From: Acutalibacteraceae bacterium
GTDB lineage: Bacteria > Bacillota > Clostridia > Oscillospirales > Acutalibacteraceae
Direction: 5' to 3'
Length of the DNA stretch: 64,000 nucleotides
Assembly (NCBI GenBank): GCA_045538645.1
Contig: JAZSRT010000023.1
Location: forward strand, 176 to 64,175
Shown here: piece after piece, positions 54,177 through 63,772 of the stretch
Layout: the number at the start of each line of letters is the position of its first letter
How positions within the stretch are numbered: the stretch's first letter is position 1
Position numbers and translations under genes: made by a program
The notes under the pieces: generated by a model
Seen by the model: the letters and a program-made list of their open reading frames with translations, nothing else
Databases searched by the model: none
Told to the model about the DNA's origin: nothing

Positions 54177-55769
54177 TTACATTCCGAGAAATTTTATAAC
54201 ACCTTTTGTTGATATCCATTTTACCGCCGATACACATAAAAGCGTAATTACTAATGTTGCGCTTCCAAGAAACAGAACAGGCGGAACAACTGCAGATGTA
54301 AGAAAAAACATTAAGATAATAATGATATTATAAAACAGACCTAAAAACATTCCTATGAAAGAGGACATACTCTGCTTTATCGGTATTGTTTCATTTGTCC
54401 AGTCAAGCTTTGGAAAAATTATATTAAGTATCAATCCGCTTAATGCGCACAATATTACAAAAGCTATACCAAAAACAACAGAAAGAATTAATACTATTAC
54501 ATCTGCATCAAAAACAACACCGCAGATTATATCTGCAATTACCAAAGGTACACAGGTAACTGTAATATGAAGCATTATTTTACCGAAGAAAATATCCTTA
54601 ACGTCAACAGGAAGTGATTTCAACAGCCACAAATTCTTGGCTTCAAGTGAAATTGACGGTGATGTAATATTGTTTGTAGAAGCAATAAAACAGATAATCA
54701 GTGTACAAAGAACCGGAAGCTGTTCAACTGAAAATCCTATAACGGAAACAGCATAAAACAAATCTGTACCTTTTATTACCGCAAAAACAGAAAATACAAT
54801 AAGAAGCACCGAACCGAGTCCGCAATTAAGCATATATGCGGGTGTGCTTTTGAAATACAAAAATTCCTTCTTCAGCAAAGCCGCTTTGGATGAATTGCTT
54901 TTCATCTTTTTTTCTTTATATACTTTTTTCTTTATTCCTTTTTTTGCGGTTGCAAGTTTTATAAAATTAAGAGACAAGATCTTATATACGATAAGAAAAA
55001 CTGCAAGAACAAGAATAACAAAATAGAGATAAGATACTATCTCACCTGTACAGCCGAGGCTCATATAATATATCGGCTTAAGATATGTCCGTATCCACTC
55101 CCCTACGGCTTCTGAATTTTCTATTACGGAATTAATAATTGTATTAAGCCTCATTGCAAAAAAGTAATACACTCCGAAAAAAGCAATAGAAATAATTACA
55201 GTAACAATACCTTTATTTCTCAGCTTTGATGCAAATAAAGCTATCACCCAGCCTAATGCGCAGGCGATGCTGAGTGCGAACAGCGGAAGAATAAACAGAT
55301 TCAAAAAAATACAGACAACCGATATAATTCCGGAAGACACCGTTAATAAATAGACAATTACGGCAGGCAACATTACAAGTGCTTCAAAAGAAAATGTAGT
55401 TACATACAGACCCGCCATTCTTGAAAACAGAATTCTCGCAGGCGGTATCGGCATTGATAACAACAGGTCATTGTCTTTTGCCTCATACAAAGTGTTATAT
55501 GTAAGAAAAACACTGCCGAAAATACCGAATAACGTAGCAAGGACAGCAAAAACGGCAAAGTATATCCAGGAATTTGCTTCACCTAAAACAGGTGAGAACA
55601 AAAATGCCATAGAAAAAAACATTGATAAAAAGGAAAAAATCAGAATACAAAACAGAACACCGAAACCGACTTTAGAGCCTTTTGTGTGAGATTTTCCTGT
55701 TTTAGAATTGAGAAAAAATCCTGAAAAAAATTCCTGCAACTGTTTTTTTAATAGAGCCTTAAGCATCAT
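54177..55769 (-). CDS. putative ABC exporter permease (large multi-TM protein)
   Basis: About 530 aa with 12 or more hydrophobic segments. It overlaps the stop of the upstream ATPase gene. Start ambiguous (GTG 55775, ATG 55769 or 55766). Confidence 0.7.
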   Translation of the reverse strand: MMLKALLKKQLQEFFSGFFLNSKTGKSHTKGSKVGFGVLFCILIFSFLSMFFSMAFLFSPVLGEANSWIYFAVFAVLATLFGIFGSVFLTYNTLYEAKDNDLLLSMPIPPARILFSRMAGLYVTTFSFEALVMLPAVIVYLLTVSSGIISVVCIFLNLFILPLFALSIACALGWVIALFASKLRNKGIVTVIISIAFFGVYYFFAMRLNTIINSVIENSEAVGEWIRTYLKPIYYMSLGCTGEIVSYLYFVILVLAVFLIVYKILSLNFIKLATAKKGIKKKVYKEKKMKSNSSKAALLKKEFLYFKSTPAYMLNCGLGSVLLIVFSVFAVIKGTDLFYAVSVIGFSVEQLPVLCTLIICFIASTNNITSPSISLEAKNLWLLKSLPVDVKDIFFGKIMLHITVTCVPLVIADIICGVVFDADVIVLILSVVFGIAFVILCALSGLILNIIFPKLDWTNETIPIKQSMSSFIGMFLGLFYNIIIILMFFLTSAVVPPVLFLGSATLVITLLCVSAVKWISTKGVIKFLGM

Positions 55770-56481
55770 TATCACCTAACTCAAGAAAAACTTCTTCAAG
55801 GGAAGCATTACCTCTGACTTCTTCCATTGTTCCCGATACAAGAAGCTTACCGCCTTTTATAATCGCAATTTTGTCACACAGCTTTTCTGCAACTTCAAGC
55901 ACGTGGGTAGAAAAGAATATCGCTCCCCCGTTATCACAGATGCCTCGCATTATACCTTTGAGCAGATGCGAAGCTCTGGGGTCAAGTCCAACAAACGGCT
56001 CGTCCATAATTATAAGCTTCGGCTCGTGTATAAGTGCTGAAATTATGGCAAGCTTCTGTTTCATTCCGTGGGAATAGGATTTTACGGGCTGAGCAAGTTC
56101 CTGTGTTATTTCAAACATATCAGAATACTTTTTTATATTTTCACTTCTTTTATCAGCATCAACCTTAAATATATCAGAAATAAAATTGAGATACTGAATA
56201 CCTGTCATAAATTCATAAAGGTCCGGATTATCGGGAATGTAGGCAAGAACAGACTTACATTCCAACGGATTATCCTTAACTGACTTACCGTCAATAAAAA
56301 TTTCTCCGTTGTCAAAATTCAGAATACCGCAACAGGATTTAAGCGTGGTTGTTTTTCCGGCCCCGTTATGTCCGATAAATCCGTATATTTCGCCTGCTGA
56401 AATATGAAGGCTGAGATTATCAACAGCTTTTTTTTCACCGTATGTTTTTGTCAGATTTTCTATTCTAAGCATTTTTATCAC
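55759..56481 (-). CDS. ABC transporter ATP-binding protein (ABC-2/exporter type)
   Basis: Walker A GHNGAGKTT, signature SHGMKQK, Walker B LIIMDEP. Confidence 0.9.
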   Translation of the reverse strand: MIKMLRIENLTKTYGEKKAVDNLSLHISAGEIYGFIGHNGAGKTTTLKSCCGILNFDNGEIFIDGKSVKDNPLECKSVLAYIPDNPDLYEFMTGIQYLNFISDIFKVDADKRSENIKKYSDMFEITQELAQPVKSYSHGMKQKLAIISALIHEPKLIIMDEPFVGLDPRASHLLKGIMRGICDNGGAIFFSTHVLEVAEKLCDKIAIIKGGKLLVSGTMEEVRGNASLEEVFLELGDNDA

Positions 56482-56555
56482 CTATAATAATTTTAACAGA
56501 TGTAATTATACAATTCAAGAATAACAGCTTATGTTTTACTAAAGTTTAAAATACT

Positions 56556-56579
56556 AACCCGACAATTATTTGTCGGGTT
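56556..56579 (-). terminator. stem-loop after lipoprotein gene
   Basis: AACCCGACAA TTAT TTGTCGGGTT, a perfect 10-bp stem. Only a modest T-tract on the minus strand. Confidence 0.5.
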
Positions 56580-56585
56580 AAAAAT

Positions 56586-57539
56586 TTACCAGTTGATTTT
56601 CCAGGTTTCACTCTGTGAACCTTCACATTTACCGCTTACAGTAAGACCAATCTTGGCTTCAACAGCTATATGAATAGGAATCTTGTATTCGGCAGAAGTT
56701 ACATAGCCGTCTGAATTAATAACAAGATCAATTGTAGATCCGGAATATGTAATATCAAGATAATTGAGTGTTATACCGCCAAGATCAACATCTGATGCAT
56801 CAAGATAACCTACACTTGCAGCATGATACTTCGGATGATCGGTAAGTGTTCCGACTTCCTTTACAAGCTGGATATGAACAACAGTGTCATTACCGCTCTT
56901 CTTTGCAGAAGCAGCTGCAATACCGTCTTCGGTAAGAGTAAAAGCTCCGCGCTTGGGAAGAAGAAGAGGAACATTTTCACCTTCTGCATTTGTCGTTCTA
57001 CCGCCGGTGAAGGTAAGAGTTTCCTTGGAAGGCTTTGCTACACTTGCGATAATTCTGTCTGCAGTGTTCATAACAAATGATCCGCCGGGAGCCTCTGTAA
57101 CACGAACATCAAATGCTTCTTCATGATCAACAGTCACCGTATTTGTGTATGCCTTGGTTTTAGTAACAGCATCCGTTACATACTTAAGTATTTCTGCTGT
57201 AGTCCATGATGAAGGATCTGTATTAGCGGCAGCAGTAGTTGTTTCCTGCGGCGCAGCAGGAACTGTTGTTGTTTCAGTCTGCTGAATGTTCTGCTGAGGC
57301 TGAGTTGTTACAACGTCAGGATTCTGAGAAGGCACCAATGTCTGCTGATTATTATTCACATATGAATTTGTTGTCTGAACATCATACTGGGGATTATTAA
57401 GCCCCTGCGTATTTGCAGTTGTTAATTCAAAAATATTATCGGTATATTTAAGGAAACCGAAATTTGCAACACATCCGCTGAAAGAAAAAACGGAAATTAC
57501 AGCAAGTACAAGCGCCAAAACCTTTTTTACACTAATCAT
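56586..57539 (-). CDS. hypothetical lipoprotein with Q/T/N-rich linker
   Basis: Lipobox VFSFSGC. Low-complexity region (NNNQQTLVPSQNPDVVTTQPQQNIQQTETTTVP). About 210-aa C-terminal domain of unknown function. GGAGGA SD. Confidence 0.7.
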   Translation of the reverse strand: MISVKKVLALVLAVISVFSFSGCVANFGFLKYTDNIFELTTANTQGLNNPQYDVQTTNSYVNNNQQTLVPSQNPDVVTTQPQQNIQQTETTTVPAAPQETTTAAANTDPSSWTTAEILKYVTDAVTKTKAYTNTVTVDHEEAFDVRVTEAPGGSFVMNTADRIIASVAKPSKETLTFTGGRTTNAEGENVPLLLPKRGAFTLTEDGIAAASAKKSGNDTVVHIQLVKEVGTLTDHPKYHAASVGYLDASDVDLGGITLNYLDITYSGSTIDLVINSDGYVTSAEYKIPIHIAVEAKIGLTVSGKCEGSQSETWKINW

Positions 57540-57660
57540 ACATAATCCTCCTAAAGATAAACCATATTATATAATAACCGACACGGGAAAAACAATCAAT
57601 AGGGTAAATTGAAATAATCACGCAATTTTAACAATTTTCTGCGATTTGCACAAAAAAACA

Positions 57661-58365
57661 TCATATATAGAATGCTTTATTGAGCCAGGCTCTGACAAGT
57701 TTACTTCTGTTGCAGTAAATAAAAAAGCACATAAGCACAAAGGTGCATACCGCAATGACTATTCCGACAACAAAAAATGTAAAACTTTCAGTAAACAATG
57801 AAACTACAGACCCTGACAATAAGGATACAACAGTGCTTTCAAGCAACAAGAAAAACGTTACAGCTGTCCAATGCCTTTTTTTCTTTCTGAGCCATACCAG
57901 CAACAAAAGTACCGATAAAGACACAAGTAATATTGTTGTCAGGAAGCAGTTCAGAATATAAATCTTATCTCCGTGAAGCATAAATATTATATAACAGAAA
58001 GCTAAAACCGCAAAAGTATCAAAAGCCCACAGCAAATACGGCCGGCTCTTTTTCATAAAAAAAGGAAGCACAAACAATTCCCACATTAAAAGGCTTACAG
58101 CAAACACATATACAGACCAGAAGCTTCCGTGAATAAAAAACACATTGAGAAAAAACATTACTATATTCGGAATCAGTATTGTTACGGAAACAGCAAAAGC
58201 CAGAAATCTCTTTTTTACTGCCTTAGGAATTGACAGTGTATCTGAAAAAGGCTTTTCTTCTTCCGGTTCACGTTGCATGTTCGGATTTATCACAGGAGTG
58301 CTGCATAATGCACATTTTTTTGCAGTATTATCAAGTTCCACTCCGCAATTAACACAATATGACAT
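57661..58365 (-). CDS. zinc-ribbon domain membrane protein, function unknown
   Basis: AGGAGGTG SD lies 7 nt before ATG 58365. N-terminal CVNCG...CALCS zinc ribbon followed by about six TM segments. Confidence 0.75.
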   Translation of the reverse strand: MSYCVNCGVELDNTAKKCALCSTPVINPNMQREPEEEKPFSDTLSIPKAVKKRFLAFAVSVTILIPNIVMFFLNVFFIHGSFWSVYVFAVSLLMWELFVLPFFMKKSRPYLLWAFDTFAVLAFCYIIFMLHGDKIYILNCFLTTILLVSLSVLLLLVWLRKKKRHWTAVTFFLLLESTVVSLLSGSVVSLFTESFTFFVVGIVIAVCTFVLMCFFIYCNRSKLVRAWLNKAFYI

Positions 58366-58381
58366 ATTAAAACACCTCCTG

Positions 58382-59665
58382 CTATTCCCTGTTGCTTTCA
58401 ATTTTAACATGGAGTCCCATTTTTACAAAAGCTGTAAAAAACTCTCTTTCAACATCGCTCTCTTTATAAATATTGGCGAATGTTATGCAAAGATTATTAT
58501 TCACAGTAGAAACTCCGCATCTTGATGCATTTAATTTACCCGGTGCGGGCATAAAAATAAACTTATCTATAAAACTGCACATTTCTTCGGGAATCGTCAC
58601 TGAACCGAGATTTGTAATAAGAGAAGACGTTGTCTGCTCGGCAGTGATCGCAAACGAAATTCCTACACCGAGGTTTTTAACAAACAACGGTAATGCACGC
58701 ACAAGAATATTGCGTTCAATTCCCATATTTGCAGTAATCATCATATTCAATTCTTTTTCGTTTTTCTGCAGACGAAGCTGATACTTCACCTGTTCGAGAA
58801 GTTCATCAAAAGTATATTCGCCTTTATTAGGGTCAACTTTTACCCTGAGACATATTGTAAAATTCCGAAGGGTATCGGAATTATATATTCGCCTTAAATC
58901 TATAGGTATCTGTATACTAACTTCTTTTTGTTTCTTTTTTTCTTTAAGCTGTTTTTTACACAACACATCAAGCATTACAGCAGAAAGAAATTCCGTAACG
59001 GTAACACCCTTAGCCTTTGAAATTTCGTGCAGCTTATCAAACGGAATAATTCCGGAGGTTATATTTACTGTGTGTGAAGGCATTTTTGTTCCCTTTGCGT
59101 GATAAACAAACTTGTCTGCACGTTTATATTTAGCTTTCGATGTTGCATTTTTTACAAAAGAATCTTCAAGTTCAGCGGGTGTATTTTTCATATCAACAGG
59201 CAATACAAAACCGCCCGCAGGAATGTCTGCCCCCTTAAGACGCAGATACTGAGCTACAAGCGTGGAAAGAAACACCGCCCCGCCGTGACCGTCTGTCAAT
59301 ACATGATAGACATCAACGGCAATTCTGTTACTGTGGTAGTATACCTTAAAAAGAAACTTTCCGTTCTCATTAAATTTTATTCTGTGGCAAGGATTTTTTA
59401 TATCGGGTAAAATTTGTGGTGAATTATCATTTTTTTCAAGATAATGCCAAAAAAAACCATGACGTATCCGTACATCATAGCAGGAAAATCTGGGCATTAT
59501 GTCACACAATGCCCTCTGAAGAATATCAGGATCAACTTTTTCTTTCAGTTCATAACATACTCTGAAAGAATTTGACCAGGTTTTGGAATTCTGACCGGGA
59601 AAAATTTTCGCGGCATTGTCAAGCTTCAACCAGAAGCCTTTCGAATCATTCTTTTTATTTTTCAT
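58382..59665 (-). CDS. condensation-domain-like (HxxxDG) acyltransferase, alcohol acetyltransferase-like
   Basis: 427 aa. YHVLTDGHG motif of the CAT/condensation/WS-DGAT acyltransferase superfamily. Confidence 0.7.
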   Translation of the reverse strand: MKNKKNDSKGFWLKLDNAAKIFPGQNSKTWSNSFRVCYELKEKVDPDILQRALCDIMPRFSCYDVRIRHGFFWHYLEKNDNSPQILPDIKNPCHRIKFNENGKFLFKVYYHSNRIAVDVYHVLTDGHGGAVFLSTLVAQYLRLKGADIPAGGFVLPVDMKNTPAELEDSFVKNATSKAKYKRADKFVYHAKGTKMPSHTVNITSGIIPFDKLHEISKAKGVTVTEFLSAVMLDVLCKKQLKEKKKQKEVSIQIPIDLRRIYNSDTLRNFTICLRVKVDPNKGEYTFDELLEQVKYQLRLQKNEKELNMMITANMGIERNILVRALPLFVKNLGVGISFAITAEQTTSSLITNLGSVTIPEEMCSFIDKFIFMPAPGKLNASRCGVSTVNNNLCITFANIYKESDVEREFFTAFVKMGLHVKIESNRE

Positions 59666-59679
59666 AAAACGTCACAATA

Positions 59680-59708
59680 CCGCCGATCGGAATCAAGCCA
59701 ATCGGCGG
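59680..59708 (-). terminator. intergenic stem-loop between SCP2-like gene and acyltransferase gene
   Basis: CCGCCGAT...ATCGGCGG 8-bp stem with a 13-nt loop. T-tract is weak. Confidence 0.35.
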
Positions 59709-59726
59709 CAATAAATTAATATAACA

Positions 59727-60539
59727 TTACTTAGCAAGAGCTCCGACAAGCAACATATATTCACCTATCTGAGCACCGAACTCGGGCGCACCGTCCATAA
59801 TAAGCTTACCGCTGCGAACAGACTCAAGCATATCATCTATAGACATAAGAATTCCGAGTGCGGAATCAAGAGAATCGAAACGCATTGTAAAGAAAGGCAT
59901 TGCTCTCTTGTATTCGCCCTTACCTGCTTTTGACTTACCTGCTTTAATACGGATAAATGCAGATACACTGTCTTCTCCGTTAACCTTCCACGCATAAACA
60001 CGGTCGGGACTTTTAAGAGTCCAATCGTGAATCTTTTCGTGTCCGAGTTTATTAAGAGTTGAAATACCTACGGAAAGAAGATAGAAATAACACTTAACAA
60101 GAAGTCTCTTTGTTTCTTCATCCTCGGGAGGAGTTTCAAGTCCTAAAAGGCCAGCCATTTTGAGAAGAGCCATCATAAATACGCCGAATTCATAAATGAA
60201 GTTTACACCCTTCATTTTGGGAAGTGTTGCAGGACCGATCTGTCCTTTAAAGAATGCGTTCATTGCATCAACACTCTTGAACTCAAGCTCAACATATTTC
60301 TGCTTTCCTACTCTGTGAGCAACCTTATTGGCGTGAACGAGCCACTCGTCACCGTTAACAACAAAATGTGTTGCCCATTTTCCGTCGGGGGCTTCAGGGT
60401 CAAGACAGCTCACCTGATATACACAGTGAACCTTCTTGAACTTGGACTTAAGTGACGGAACATCTGCTACGATGGTTTTAAGAAGAGGAAGAGCACCGCA
60501 AAGGAATATTTTATTTGTATAAATAGCTTCTGATGCCAT
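59727..60539 (-). CDS. hypothetical protein with C-terminal SCP2-like (sterol carrier) pattern
   Basis: AAGAAAGGG SD lies 11 nt before ATG 60539 (the track uses TTG 60548). The C-terminus FTMRFDSLDSALGILMSIDDMLESVRSGKLIMDG resembles the SCP2 domain consensus. Confidence 0.65.
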   Translation of the reverse strand: MASEAIYTNKIFLCGALPLLKTIVADVPSLKSKFKKVHCVYQVSCLDPEAPDGKWATHFVVNGDEWLVHANKVAHRVGKQKYVELEFKSVDAMNAFFKGQIGPATLPKMKGVNFIYEFGVFMMALLKMAGLLGLETPPEDEETKRLLVKCYFYLLSVGISTLNKLGHEKIHDWTLKSPDRVYAWKVNGEDSVSAFIRIKAGKSKAGKGEYKRAMPFFTMRFDSLDSALGILMSIDDMLESVRSGKLIMDGAPEFGAQIGEYMLLVGALAK

Positions 60540-60560
60540 TATTTTCAACCCTTTCTTAGA

Positions 60561-61571
60561 TTAAACCTCATCGTCCCAGTCATCATCGAGTTCGAAATCA
60601 GCCTTCATAACTTCACGGACTGCAGAAATGATACCGTTAGCATCAATGCCGAGGTCAGCCATAATATCTTCGTGAAGACCAATGGGAGCAAACTTATCCT
60701 GAATACCGAGCTTCTTGAATGCACAGCCTTTACCGGATTCAACAACAACTTCAGCAACTGCACTTCCAAGTCCGCCGAGAACGTTATGGTCTTCAACAGT
60801 AATAATACGGCGAGTATCCATAACAGCCTTAAGAATAGCTTCTTTATCAATGGGCTTGATTGTATGCATATCAAGAACTCTTATCTTGAGACCGTCTGCC
60901 TTTTCAAGGAAATCAGCAGCCTGAACAGCCTGGAATACACAGGAACCGCAAGCAATAATTGTAAGGTCAGTGCCTTCTGTTACGGTTACAGCCTTACCGA
61001 TTTCAAAACCGTAATCGGAATCTTTATAAAGAACACGGTCAAAACCACGGTTAATTCTGATATAGAAAGGACCGGGAGTTTCATAAGCAGCCATTACAGC
61101 ATTATATGTTTCAACACCGTCTGCAGGGCAGATAACAGTGAGATTGGGCATTGCACGGGTAACTGCAAGGTCAGTAATTGCGTGGTGAGTTGAACCTGCC
61201 TGACCGAAAGAAGTACCTGAATGAGTAGCAATAACCTTAGCATTGATATTCTGATAACAAAGGTCTGTGGAAAGCTGGTCTGCAGCACGGAGGGATGCAA
61301 ACTGAGAGAATGTAGAAAGGAAAGGTACAAGACCTGCCTTTGCCATACCGGCAGCAACACCGAAAAGGTTCTGCTCGGCAATACCTACATTAAAGAATCT
61401 GTCGGGGAATTCTTTCTGGAAATCACCGATTTTTGTGGACTTTGCAAGGTCCGCAGTAAGTGCAACAACTTCAGGATGAGCACGGCCCAGTTCAACGAGG
61501 GCCTTACCGTAAATTTCAGCAGTTGAAAGTGATGTGGAGTCAACAGCTGTATAAGTCATTCCGCCTGCCAT
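60561..61571 (-). CDS. transketolase, C-terminal (pyrimidine-binding plus C-terminal domain) subunit
   Basis: 336 aa with FFNVGIAEQN and the typical split-transketolase B-subunit layout. Confidence 0.9.
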   Translation of the reverse strand: MAGGMTYTAVDSTSLSTAEIYGKALVELGRAHPEVVALTADLAKSTKIGDFQKEFPDRFFNVGIAEQNLFGVAAGMAKAGLVPFLSTFSQFASLRAADQLSTDLCYQNINAKVIATHSGTSFGQAGSTHHAITDLAVTRAMPNLTVICPADGVETYNAVMAAYETPGPFYIRINRGFDRVLYKDSDYGFEIGKAVTVTEGTDLTIIACGSCVFQAVQAADFLEKADGLKIRVLDMHTIKPIDKEAILKAVMDTRRIITVEDHNVLGGLGSAVAEVVVESGKGCAFKKLGIQDKFAPIGLHEDIMADLGIDANGIISAVREVMKADFELDDDWDDEV

Positions 61572-61573
61572 AC

Positions 61574-62446
61574 TTATTTAGCCTCCTTTTCTACTCTTGC
61601 GATTCTCTTCTTGTATGATTCTTCAAGAGCCTTCTTGCCTCTTTCATACTTTTCATCATCAAATGCACCGTAGTGCCAGAGATAATCATCTTCAATAAAA
61701 TCGATACCGCAGCCCTTAAGAGTGTTTGCTACGATCATAACGGGTTTATCAGTCTTATTTTCATAAGCAAAATCAATAGCTTCGCAAAGTTCTTTTATGT
61801 TATTACCGTCAATTTCCTTAACGATAAAGCCGAAAGCTTCCCACTTTGCACAGAAGGGTTCAAGGTTCATAACATCTTCTGTTCTGCCGTCGATCATACA
61901 CTTGTTACGGTCAACAAAGCTTATCATATTAGTTGTTTTATAATGAACAGCACTCATAGCTGCTTCCCAGTTTGAGCCTTCATCACATTCACCGTCACCG
62001 AGAACAACGAATGTTTTATAATCCTTACCCTGAAGACGGGCAGCAAGTGCAGTACCTACAGCAATAGACATACCGTGACCGAGAGAGCCTGTAGATGCAT
62101 CAACACCCACAACTTTATTTGAGTCGAGATGCATACCCATCTTTGAGCCTGAAAGGTTAAAGGTCTTAAGCATCTCAACATCATTGAAGCCGAGATCACA
62201 AAGAGTTGCAGCGTATGAAACACCTGCATGTCCCTTAGAAAGAATAAATCTGTCTCTGTCTTCCCAGTTGGGGTCATCAACCTTGATATTCATATACTTG
62301 TGATAAAGAACAGTCATAATATCAAGAACACTGAGACCGCCGCCGATATGTGCCGAACCTGCCCAATAAGTAGTATCGAGTGTAAGGTTACGGAGCTCAT
62401 TGGCTTTTTTTTCAAGATTAAGCCACTCTTGCTTTGTTAAAGGCAT
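61574..62446 (-). CDS. transketolase, N-terminal (TPP-binding) subunit
   Basis: AAGGAGGA SD precedes ATG 62446. GSAHIGGGLS, ILSKGHAG and VLGDGECDEGSNWEA TPP-binding motifs. Confidence 0.9.
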   Translation of the reverse strand: MPLTKQEWLNLEKKANELRNLTLDTTYWAGSAHIGGGLSVLDIMTVLYHKYMNIKVDDPNWEDRDRFILSKGHAGVSYAATLCDLGFNDVEMLKTFNLSGSKMGMHLDSNKVVGVDASTGSLGHGMSIAVGTALAARLQGKDYKTFVVLGDGECDEGSNWEAAMSAVHYKTTNMISFVDRNKCMIDGRTEDVMNLEPFCAKWEAFGFIVKEIDGNNIKELCEAIDFAYENKTDKPVMIVANTLKGCGIDFIEDDYLWHYGAFDDEKYERGKKALEESYKKRIARVEKEAK

Positions 62447-62506
62447 AAGTTTTTCCTCCTTATATATGGTTTCAAAGGGAGACACGCTCCCTTATTGATC
62501 CCTTAA

Positions 62507-63757
62507 TTAATATTTTGATCTGATTGCTTTGAATGCATCGTCTGCAACATCAAGAGTATATTTGATATCCTCTTCTGTAAGAGAAGCATTGATAAAGTGA
62601 TTGTGGTGTCCTGCGAAGAAGATACCTCTCTTTACACATTCCTGAATCCAGTCCTGATGTATAAACAGAGAATCATCATCAGCAAGTCTTAAGTAGAAGA
62701 GTGAAGGTTCACCCGAAACTACCATATTGAAGCCGTTTGCTGTTGCAACTTCCTTAAGACCGTCTGTAAGCTTAAGACCGAGCTCACGGAACATCTTGGG
62801 AGTGTCAAGCTCTTTCATCTTATTGATACAGGCAATACCTGCAGCAAAAGGCATAGCACTGAGCCAATATGAGCCTGTATATGAAAGTGAGCTTACTGCA
62901 TTTTTGAGAGAATCCTTACCGCAAAGAGCTGAAACGTTATATCCGTTTGCAAGTGCCTTACAGAAGCAGATAAGGTCAGCTTCGAATCCGTAGAAATGGT
63001 CGGAGCCTGCAAGATCAAGTCTGAATCCGCAACGAACGTCATCAACTATAAGAACAGTTCCGTTTTCGGTGCACAGTTCACGTACCTTCTTCCAGTAACC
63101 GTCTGCAGGAAGAGCATTATCAAGGTAATTACCGTGCATATAAGGTGTTGAAATAAATGCAGCAATTTCACCCTTGTTATCATCAAATACCTTCTGAAGC
63201 TGATCAAAATCATTCCAGTCGATATAAAGATTATTAGCAACATCTTCGGGGATAATGCCGGGATAGTCAATCTTCTGTGTCCAGGGAGAAACACCGTGAT
63301 AGTAACCGTTAATAAAAACTATCTTTTTACGGTGTGTGGCAGCTCTTGCAGTCATAATAGCTGCTGTTGTTACGTCGTTACCGTTTTTAGCAAAGAAAGC
63401 CCAGTCTGCGCAGGCAACAGTATCAACAAGAAGTTCTGCAAACTCTACCATCTTATAAGAAGGAGAAGTCATACAGTTACCTTTTTTGAGCTGTTCTACA
63501 GCAGCAGCATCAACATCAGGGTCATTATAACCGAGAACATTGGGGCCGTATGCACACATATAGTCGATAAATCTGTTACCGTCAACATCCCAGAAATATG
63601 AGCCCTGTGCTCTGTCGCCCATAAGGGGGAAGGATGTTACAGGCATAAAGTTACCTTCTGCAGGGCCGAGATGACCGTAAACACCTGAAGGTACTACCTT
63701 AGTAGCTCTGTCGAACCACTCACGGCTTTTAGTGTATGTATTAGTTTTAATAGCCAT
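62507..63757 (-). CDS. class III PLP aminotransferase (glutamate-1-semialdehyde aminomutase-like)
   Basis: 416 aa with SGVYGH..., DVDGNRFIDY, LIVDDVRCGFRL and the FCKALANGY lysine region. GGAGAA SD. Confidence 0.85.
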   Translation of the reverse strand: MAIKTNTYTKSREWFDRATKVVPSGVYGHLGPAEGNFMPVTSFPLMGDRAQGSYFWDVDGNRFIDYMCAYGPNVLGYNDPDVDAAAVEQLKKGNCMTSPSYKMVEFAELLVDTVACADWAFFAKNGNDVTTAAIMTARAATHRKKIVFINGYYHGVSPWTQKIDYPGIIPEDVANNLYIDWNDFDQLQKVFDDNKGEIAAFISTPYMHGNYLDNALPADGYWKKVRELCTENGTVLIVDDVRCGFRLDLAGSDHFYGFEADLICFCKALANGYNVSALCGKDSLKNAVSSLSYTGSYWLSAMPFAAGIACINKMKELDTPKMFRELGLKLTDGLKEVATANGFNMVVSGEPSLFYLRLADDDSLFIHQDWIQECVKRGIFFAGHHNHFINASLTEEDIKYTLDVADDAFKAIRSKY

Positions 63758-63772
63758 TATTTATTTTCTCCT

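Noticed and set aside
60672-61193. 173-aa plus-strand ORF inside the transketolase C-terminal subunit gene.
   Set aside because: It is an antisense shadow ORF with Asn/Ser/Cys-rich composition, and the opposite strand encodes an unmistakable transketolase.
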